Assembly: GCA_964510585.1 (NCBI GenBank)
Contig: CAZECW010000048.1
Coordinates: forward strand, 1 to 12,960
Length of the DNA stretch: 12,960 nucleotides
Direction of reading: 5' to 3'
DNA from: an uncultured archaeon
Lineage (GTDB): Archaea; Asgardarchaeota; Jordiarchaeia; Jordiarchaeales; Jordiarchaeaceae
In this document: one piece after another, positions 6,805 through 12,960 of the stretch
Position numbering within the stretch: position 1 is the stretch's first letter
Layout of the letters: each line of letters opens with the position of its first letter
Made by a program: the position numbers and the translations under genes
Notes under the pieces: generated by a model
What the model was told of the DNA's origin: nothing
What the model saw: only the letters and a program-made list of their open reading frames with translations
Databases searched by the model: none

Positions 6805-8265
6805 TTATGGTTTGAATTCTGGGAAGTTTTTGAATTCTTCTATCCCCGCTAGGCATTTGGCGATTTTTTCACGCGTTTCCAAATCGTAGCCCCGATATAT
6901 GGTGATTCTTTGAGCTTCAGGTGAGCCTCCTCCATGACAACTGGCCACCATAAGCCAACCCGCAAATCCATGAGCAGTTAAATCCTCCACCAGTTTGAAT
7001 GCCTTCATACGATCCAGAGAGGAAACATCAGCCCTGCCCTTCAAATATTTCTCAAGGAAAGGCTTGGTTTCGGGGTTAAAGTAATCCTTCTCCGAGGGAC
7101 AGGTAACCGCAAATCCCCCAGCAATGTCATGCACCCGATAAATCTCCTCATAAATATGTGTTCCAGCAATGTACTTTCCAATGTTCACCATAGTTATGTC
7201 TGGCTCATAGGTTCCAGGACCCCTAGGTTTTCCCCTGACAGATCCCGCTATGCCACAAGCATACATCTGCTCCGCAGTACATATTATGTCAGTAATTTTT
7301 TCTCGAATGTGTCCAGCATCCTTCACTCCGTTGTAGTCCGCGATAAGTGTGGCAGCTCCCATGAGAATGTCGCTTACCGCTGGTTTGCATCCGCAGTAGC
7401 TGTGACGGTGATAAACTGCGAAGAGTTCAGCTGCGGGGCCAGCAAATTCCCACTCTCCACACATGAAAACATTTTCCCAAGGTATGAAAACATCGTCAAA
7501 AACGGTGAGAGTCTCAGTAACCCCCCACCTGGCCCGGAAGGGTGAGTCTATTTCTCTCCTCTCCCTGGGAGTTACGGAGCGCGCTATAAGTTTTAAACCC
7601 TCAGCATCTATGGGCACCGCGAAGGAAACAGCGTATTCACTGTCCTTCTCCCTCAGGGCCCTGGTGGGCATAATGATTAGCTCGTTTGAGGGGACAGCAG
7701 CGGTTGTGTGGCACTTGGCACCCCTAACCACTATTCCATCATCTCTCTTCTCCACCACCCTTAGGTAGAGGTCGGGGTCAGCCTGCTCTGAGGGCCTGAG
7801 GCTACGGTCTCCTTTAACATCGGTCATGGCACAGGTGGAACTAATGTCATCCTCCTGAAAATGGCTTAAATAATTTTTAAAATTTTCATAGTAGCTTGTT
7901 CTATATTTCTGGTCTATTTCGTGGGTCACTATGGATAAAGCGTTTAGGGCGTCCATGGCCATGCATCTTTGGATGCAGCAGCACTGGCGGGCATACATTC
8001 TAATCATTTGTACCTTCTTAATGAGGTCGTCTGGGCTCTGGTTAACGTGGGTGAAGCGGTTCACCACCCTGCCGGTTAGGTGCGACTTTGCAGTGGTTAA
8101 TTCCCGGTATCGAGGGTCGTGGGCCAGCTCATACGTTAACCCAATAACGTCAATTTGAGGTTTAAGTAGAGGGTGATTAACCCTATCCTCAATTTTCTCG
8201 CCAAACATGTAGATTTCAGGCTTCTGCTTCTTCAAGCCCTCAATAAATTGCTCTTTGGTCTTCAA
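6805..8265 (-). CDS. 4-hydroxybutyryl-CoA dehydratase / vinylacetyl-CoA isomerase (AbfD)-like FAD/[4Fe-4S] protein, variant active site
   Basis: CIQRCMAMDA (C-x3-C ligands), AMTDVKGDRSLRPSEQADPDLY, IVVRGAKCHT, ETLTVFDDVFIPWENVF, YHRHSYCGCK (His and Cys ligands) and HGGGSPEAQR. RBS GGAGGT at 8275-8280 supports a start at TTG 8265 (or CTG 8268), about 486 aa, rather than 8544. abfD is withheld because a catalytic Glu is substituted. Confidence 0.9.
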   Translation of the reverse strand: MKTKEQFIEGLKKQKPEIYMFGEKIEDRVNHPLLKPQIDVIGLTYELAHDPRYRELTTAKSHLTGRVVNRFTHVNQSPDDLIKKVQMIRMYARQCCCIQRCMAMDALNALSIVTHEIDQKYRTSYYENFKNYLSHFQEDDISSTCAMTDVKGDRSLRPSEQADPDLYLRVVEKRDDGIVVRGAKCHTTAAVPSNELIIMPTRALREKDSEYAVSFAVPIDAEGLKLIARSVTPRERREIDSPFRARWGVTETLTVFDDVFIPWENVFMCGEWEFAGPAAELFAVYHRHSYCGCKPAVSDILMGAATLIADYNGVKDAGHIREKITDIICTAEQMYACGIAGSVRGKPRGPGTYEPDITMVNIGKYIAGTHIYEEIYRVHDIAGGFAVTCPSEKDYFNPETKPFLEKYLKGRADVSSLDRMKAFKLVEDLTAHGFAGWLMVASCHGGGSPEAQRITIYRGYDLETREKIAKCLAGIEEFKNFPEFKP

Positions 8266-8572
8266 CAGTATGAAACCTCCTATAATTGTAGAATGATAAT
8301 TTGCCGCGGAAATATGTCTTTGCCTTGTCTGAGACGAGTAAATGTATAAAGAGTTTGTGAAAAACTCAATTTTTATGTTTTGACTTGAGAGGCGGAGCTT
8401 ATTTATATTTGCCATTTGAAACCCTTTTTTTCGTCTTAAGCGAGCTGGGCTTATATACCTTTTTTTGAAAAGATTTTTGGGTGCAAAGCACGCTGTGGAG
8501 TGTTTACCTGGTAGCGTTATTAAAGGAAATTGTGAATAGCTCAATTTGTATATTTAAATTAACGTGGCAAAG

Positions 8573-8587
8573 TTTTTATTATAAAAA
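8573..8587. promoter_or_regulatory. Symmetric TATA-like element in the divergent AbfD-like / V4R-like intergenic region
   Basis: TTTTTA-tta-TAAAAA reads as a TATA-like box on both strands, about 60-70 bp upstream of the + gene. The region is AT-rich. Confidence 0.3.
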
Positions 8588-8654
8588 GGTTATGATTTAA
8601 TTGAACACGACATAAAATGCGATTGGTGAGAATAAATTAAAACTGGTGTTAAAA

Positions 8655-9359
8655 TTGGCAGGTTACAAACTCTCTGACTTCAAAATGTTGGAGAAAGCTC
8701 CCTACGAGCTACCAGACACAAAACTTCTAACAGATTTAGTGATTGAAGGCTACAAATCTGTGGAAAAAACCTTCGGCCCAGTTTATACCACCAACTTCAT
8801 AAAGCATGCTTTGCGATTTGTGAAAAGGAAGGTGGGAGAAGAGCCAACCCAGGAAATCAAAACTTTAGACCAGTTAAAAGAGTATCTAGTTTCTCTGGCT
8901 GACAAGTACAAATTCCCCTACTGCGCAGCGGTATACGCCCAGTTTAATGTTGAAAACTTTTTTGAGGGCAGAATAGGTGCTGCAAGCATGGAGGTGGGAC
9001 ACACCTTCACTAAAGACGTGGAAAAAGCAGATAGCATCGAAGACCAAAACATCGACATAGATGGAATACTCGAAAAATATAGAAAAGACACAATTCAAAC
9101 CATGATGGCTCACCACGAAATGGGCTACAGGAAAAACGGAGATGGAAGCATACACATTATTTACCCCACCTGCTTCCTCAAAGAAGCATGCAAATTAGCC
9201 TACGAGGAAGGCTTAGCAAAAAGGCGTGACGGCACCATACAATGCGGAATAATGCAGTACAACTGTCAATACCTCAAACTAGTTACTGGCTACAACTGGG
9301 ACTTTAAACTAGTAGAATACTTTGAGCCCCACTGCGTCGCACACTGCTTCATGTTCTAA
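8655..9359 (+). CDS. Hypothetical protein with C-terminal V4R / methanogen-output-domain-like Cys-rich fold
   Basis: C-terminal half has the pattern helix-G-helix, beta hairpin, YPTCFLKEAC, QCG..NC, then LVEYFEPHCVAHC, typical of V4R-like ligand or metal-binding domains. TTG at 8655 after GGTG at 8645-8648; GTG at 8646 is the alternative. The CDS is secure but the fold call is tentative. Confidence 0.7.
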   Translation: MAGYKLSDFKMLEKAPYELPDTKLLTDLVIEGYKSVEKTFGPVYTTNFIKHALRFVKRKVGEEPTQEIKTLDQLKEYLVSLADKYKFPYCAAVYAQFNVENFFEGRIGAASMEVGHTFTKDVEKADSIEDQNIDIDGILEKYRKDTIQTMMAHHEMGYRKNGDGSIHIIYPTCFLKEACKLAYEEGLAKRRDGTIQCGIMQYNCQYLKLVTGYNWDFKLVEYFEPHCVAHCFMF

Positions 9360-9448
9360 AAGTCACCATCCCACAACCCACAAAAAACTGTCCGGTCCAA
9401 ATTTTGTGTTCTACAGCCCAAAAATTAAGAAACACACCAAGACCAGAA

Positions 9449-9480
9449 ATTTTTCTCTTTCTCCCTTTTTTTCAATTTTT
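9449..9480 (+). terminator. Oligo-T / pyrimidine tract, archaeal-type terminator candidate
   Basis: TTTTTCTCTTTCTCCCTTTTTTTCAATTTTT about 90 nt downstream of the V4R-like stop. Confidence 0.45.
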
Positions 9481-9603
9481 TACCCTTTAGACTGCTCCCC
9501 CCTTGTGGCCTGTCTCATAGTTTTTTCTTCTCAGTCTTGCCAAAAAGATATTTATAATAGTTGTATTAGTGCCATTTTAGTTGACTATTAGAAGGTGGAA
9601 TGG

Positions 9604-10692
9604 TTGAAGGCTCTTCTATGGGATGGTAAACCCTACCCTCAAGGTTTCTATTTAGACGATGTTGAAAAGCCGGTTCCCAAAAAGGACTGGGTGCTGATTG
9701 AAACAAAACTGTGTGGCATATGCGGCTCAGATATGGGAATTATTACTGGTAAGATGGCTCTGGCTGATTTTATGCCCAAACCACTCATCTTCGGCCACGA
9801 AGTGGTGGGAGTCATAAGCGAGATTGGTGGGGGCGTGGAGGGTTTTAATGTAGGAGATAGAGTGGTTGTAGATGGAGCTGCGGGGTGCGCCGAGCTAGGT
9901 TTGGAGCCCTGTGACATGTGTAGGCTGGGTCGCTACAGTCTCTGTTATAACCAGGTTCTTCTCGGCGGAGGACTGGGATACAATAAGGTGAACGGTGGAG
10001 GTTTCGCAGAGTATTTCTTAGCCCACAAATCCAGAGTTTACAAAATTCCCAAAAATGTTTCAGATGAAAGTGCGGTTCTCACCGAACCCCTAGCAGTCGG
10101 GATCCACTCCTGCTTTGTGGGAAATCCAGCCGGAAAAAGGGTTGCCATAATTGGTGCGGGTGCCATTGGGCTACAGATACTTCAGGCCTGTAAGGTAATG
10201 GGGGCACTGGAAACCTTTGTGGCAACCGAGTTTGAGTATCAATCAAAACTGGCTCAAGAACTGGGAGCAGACCATGTGTACTGCTTGGAGAAGGGTGAAA
10301 CACCCTCCACAGAAATAATTATGGCAACAGGCAGAGGGGTTGACCAGACTTATGACGGTGTGGGAAGCGCACAAACACTACAGAGCGCAATCAACATAAC
10401 AAAGCCACGGGGAGAAATCATATTTGTGGGATTGATGAGAGAAGCATCCATAGATTTCCTCATGTTCAACGTTAAAGAACTCAAACTATACGGCGTTAAC
10501 GGCTATCCCCTCGAGCCCCAAGTTGCCAGAACCCCATTCAGCATAGCTTTAGAGCTGCAAGAGAAGGGAAAAGTCAAGAACCAGCCTCTACTCACAAAAA
10601 CCTTCAAGCTTGAGGAATGGAAACAGTCCTTCGAAGCGCAACTGGACAAGAAAAAACATAAATCAACAAAAATAGCCTTCAGACACCATTAA
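9604..10692 (+). CDS. Zn-dependent medium-chain dehydrogenase/reductase (sorbitol/threonine dehydrogenase-like)
   Basis: CGICGSD, FGHEVVG, structural Zn C-x8-C-x2-C-x7-C (CAELGLEPCDMCRLGRYSLC), GGGFAEY, LTEPLAVGIH and Rossmann IIGAGAIG. TTG at 9604 (MKALLWDG) after AGGTG at 9593-9597; GTG at 9595 is the alternative. Confidence 0.93.
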   Translation: MKALLWDGKPYPQGFYLDDVEKPVPKKDWVLIETKLCGICGSDMGIITGKMALADFMPKPLIFGHEVVGVISEIGGGVEGFNVGDRVVVDGAAGCAELGLEPCDMCRLGRYSLCYNQVLLGGGLGYNKVNGGGFAEYFLAHKSRVYKIPKNVSDESAVLTEPLAVGIHSCFVGNPAGKRVAIIGAGAIGLQILQACKVMGALETFVATEFEYQSKLAQELGADHVYCLEKGETPSTEIIMATGRGVDQTYDGVGSAQTLQSAINITKPRGEIIFVGLMREASIDFLMFNVKELKLYGVNGYPLEPQVARTPFSIALELQEKGKVKNQPLLTKTFKLEEWKQSFEAQLDKKKHKSTKIAFRHH

Positions 10693-10866
10693 GCCCCCTC
10701 CCACTCCATTACCCTTTAACTAAACCAGTTACAGGCAGTCTAACTTAGTGAACACCCACATTTTCCACCCACCATTTTTTCAATTATTGATGGGTAAACT
10801 CTTAAATAGTTATACAAACAAACTTGAAACAATAAATCCTTAACTAAAGTTTTTGGGAGGACAAAA

Positions 10867-12819
10867 ATGACCCTAAAAAGAGCGGAAGATGCAGAAGAAG
10901 AAAAAATAGTTGAGAAAGAAGAAAAGAAAATAGTTGAGAAAAAAGTGATAGAGCGAGTTTCCGTTAAAAAAATCGAAGCTGAACAGACTGAAACGGAGCT
11001 AGAAGCAGTAAAACCAAAATACCTGGAACTGTCAGAACGACGGGAATGGTCCGGAGGAGAACTCCTCCTATACTGCCTAGCCCAAGAAAAGGTGCCCTAC
11101 ATTTTTGGAGTAGTTGGAGGACAATGGGTAACCTTCATGGACGCCCTATACCGTGAAGGAGAAAACCTAGGAATAAAATACATTGGAACCAGACACGAAC
11201 AAGCCGCAGCACACATGGCAGACGCCTACGCCCGCCTCACAGGCAAACCCGGAGTATGCCTGGGAACCGTAGGCCCAGGAGCAGCAGACCTAATTCCCGG
11301 AGTGTACCCTGCTTATGCAGACAGCATACCCATGGTAGTTTTAACAGTGCAAAACCAAACCTGGAAATCATATCCTGATTATGGTTCCAGTCAGGGATGC
11401 GATCAACTTAGCCTATTTAAAGGTGTAGTGAAGTGGAACGCCATGATTTCCCACTGGAAGAGGATACCTCAAATGGTACAACAAGCATTTCGCATCGCAA
11501 CTGCTGGCCAACCGGGGCCTGTCCACCTAGACATCCCAGTAAATATACTGTTCGAAGTGGGATCCATAGAAAATGTCCGCATCGTTCCAGCAGAAAGATA
11601 CCGGGCCACAAAGCCTGCCACGGGAGATCCAGAACTGGTAAAGTTGGCCGCAAAAATGTTGGTGGAAGCAAAATTCCCCCTAATCCACTGTGGAGGAGGA
11701 GTGCTGAGATCAAAAGCCAGCCAAGAAGTGGCAGAACTAGCCGAGTACCTGGGAGCAGTGGTGACTGGCACAGCTTTTGCGCGAGACGTACTCTCTGACG
11801 AACATCCATTATACTTTGCCACGGGAAACTATGGGGGAGTGGCAGCCAAAACCCAGGCGGACACTGTGCTATTGGTGGGAAGTACACTAAATGTTTACGA
11901 TTTCTGGGGCCAACCACCAGGATGGAAGAGCCCCGAAGAACAAAAATTCATACAGATAGACATTGACCCCGAAATGATAGGGGTGAACAGAGACGTGGAC
12001 TTAGCCATCGTGGGAGACGCAAAATCCACCCTTAGAGCCATAATAAACGAAGTAAAAAAACTGACCAGCAAAAAACCACCCAACCCAGCAATAGAAGCAC
12101 TTAGACAAGTCGCAGAAATGGGAACACAAGGATTAAAAGAATTAATGGAATCAGACATCAAACCCATCCACCCCTTAAGAGTTGCGAAAGAGGTAAGAGA
12201 CTTCTTCCCCAAAAACGCCATAAGCATATTGGACGGGGGTAACGCCGTAATGTGGTACACTTTCGCACACCGAATATATGAGCCTGGAACTCACCTCCAA
12301 GCCTTAGACTCAGGGCACCTCGGAGTGGGACTACCATACGCAATAGGGGCAAAACTAACAGAGCCCCAGAGACCAGTATTTGCCATATGTGGAGACGGAG
12401 CCTTCATGTTCAACATACAGGAACTTGAAACCGCAGCCAGACTCGAATTGCCATTCGTAGTAATCATAATGAATGACCGCCAATGGGGAATGATTAAGAC
12501 CGCACAAAAGCTAAACTTCGGAGAACGATTCATCGGCGTTGACTTCATCGACGTAAGATACGACCAAGTCGCAAAAGCAATGGGATGCTATGGAGAAAGA
12601 GTGGAAGACCCAAAAGAAATCAGACCCGCCCTCGAAAGAGCAGTAAAATCAAACAAGCCAGCAGTACTAGACATAATAATCGACAGAGAAGCAGCCCTCA
12701 CACCACCCGGTCTAGAATTCATATATTCAATGTGGCTTGAAGGCTGCCAAGTGCCCAAAATCGAGGAAAAAACAGAAGAAGCAACAAAACTAAAAGAAGA
12801 CGTCAGAGAAGCAGCCTAA
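10867..12819 (+). CDS. Thiamine-diphosphate-dependent enzyme, acetolactate-synthase-like / lyase-decarboxylase superfamily
   Basis: TRHEQAAAHMADAYAR (catalytic Glu), GTVGPG, GQPGPVHLDIP, IQIDIDP, IVGDAK and ThDP/Mg motif GDGAF-x22-ND. GGAGG RBS at 10856-10860, 6 nt before the ATG. Confidence 0.93.
   Translation: MTLKRAEDAEEEKIVEKEEKKIVEKKVIERVSVKKIEAEQTETELEAVKPKYLELSERREWSGGELLLYCLAQEKVPYIFGVVGGQWVTFMDALYREGENLGIKYIGTRHEQAAAHMADAYARLTGKPGVCLGTVGPGAADLIPGVYPAYADSIPMVVLTVQNQTWKSYPDYGSSQGCDQLSLFKGVVKWNAMISHWKRIPQMVQQAFRIATAGQPGPVHLDIPVNILFEVGSIENVRIVPAERYRATKPATGDPELVKLAAKMLVEAKFPLIHCGGGVLRSKASQEVAELAEYLGAVVTGTAFARDVLSDEHPLYFATGNYGGVAAKTQADTVLLVGSTLNVYDFWGQPPGWKSPEEQKFIQIDIDPEMIGVNRDVDLAIVGDAKSTLRAIINEVKKLTSKKPPNPAIEALRQVAEMGTQGLKELMESDIKPIHPLRVAKEVRDFFPKNAISILDGGNAVMWYTFAHRIYEPGTHLQALDSGHLGVGLPYAIGAKLTEPQRPVFAICGDGAFMFNIQELETAARLELPFVVIIMNDRQWGMIKTAQKLNFGERFIGVDFIDVRYDQVAKAMGCYGERVEDPKEIRPALERAVKSNKPAVLDIIIDREAALTPPGLEFIYSMWLEGCQVPKIEEKTEEATKLKEDVREAA
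10903..10941 (+). repeat. In-frame direct repeat in the N-terminal extension of the ThDP enzyme
   Basis: AAAATAGTTGAGAAA at 10903-10917 and 10927-10941 (24-nt period), encoding EEKIVEK / EEKKIVEK. Confidence 0.8.
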
Positions 12820-12840
12820 AGGTGATGTAGAATTGCTTGG

Positions 12841-12921
12841 CTTTTTCGATGTTTTCTGAAGAGGGGTTCTGCCTTTTTTGTTTTTCTTCCTATCCCCATT
12901 TTTGCTTCTTCACTCTTCTTT
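12841..12921 (+). terminator. T-rich tracts downstream of the ThDP enzyme, terminator candidate
   Basis: CTTTTT, CCTTTTTTGTTTTTCTTCC and CATTTTTG within about 90 nt of the stop codon. Confidence 0.4.
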
Positions 12922-12923
12922 GC

Positions 12924-12960
12924 TTAAACCGCCGCCATGATTAGCCCGTAGCTGAAGTGC
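12924..12960 (-). CDS. Possible C-terminal end of a convergent membrane protein (partial)
   Basis: The minus frame reads ...HFSYGLIMAAV-stop (TAA at 12924-12926), resembling H-x-x-YG helix ends of small membrane proteins. Only 11 codons are visible, and another frame is also open. Confidence 0.25.
   Translation of the reverse strand, partial: HFSYGLIMAAV

Noticed and set aside
8365-8389. CTCAA...TTGAG resembling the 1704-1725 palindrome
   Set aside because: The spacer is 15 nt versus 12 nt and the inner arms do not match.
8266-8544. N-terminal extension of the AbfD-like ORF given in the ORF track
   Set aside because: Promoter-like composition; the RBS and the family N-terminus point to 8265/8268.
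905-12548. Antisense and alternate-frame ORFs of 60-170 aa inside the main genes (e.g. 905-1093, 7129-7545, 11417-11917)
   Set aside because: They are fully nested in well-supported CDSs, with no motifs or RBS; these are shadow ORFs.
1-12960. CRISPR array, tRNA or rRNA genes
   Set aside because: No regularly spaced repeats, cloverleaf or rRNA-like conserved segments were seen by eye. tRNAscan-SE or Infernal would be needed to exclude them formally.

Overview
The window is most likely archaeal chromosomal DNA. Support: GGAGG/GGTG ribosome-binding sites, frequent GTG/TTG starts, TATA-like boxes, oligo-T terminator-like tracts and an AF_0612-type protease. An Asgard or Bathyarchaeia-like origin is a guess only. 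It opens with the right end of an IS200/IS605 element (GAAT / hairpin / TCAA), preceded by three more stem-loops that look like a TnpB omega-RNA scaffold. Ten confident CDSs follow, left to right: (1) NADH:rubredoxin-reductase-like flavoprotein (-); (2) degenerate HDAC-fold metallohydrolase (+); (3-4) coupled RHH/DUF5678 and retropepsin-like aspartic protease pair (+); (5) crotonase (-); (6) stand-alone AsnB synthetase domain with a zinc ribbon (-); (7) 4-hydroxybutyryl-CoA dehydratase (AbfD)-like FAD/[4Fe-4S] enzyme (-); (8) Cys-rich V4R-like protein (+); (9) Zn-dependent MDR dehydrogenase (+); (10) ThDP-dependent enzyme with a charged N-terminal extension (+). The best leads are the toxin-antitoxin-like RHH-DUF5678/protease module with a candidate operator, the AbfD-like and HDAC-like enzymes that keep their metal ligands but lose catalytic residues, a possible undescribed CoA-linked catabolic pathway, and an orientation-independent G+T versus A+C sawtooth. 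Family calls and reference residue numbers come from motif recognition and memory; no searches were run.
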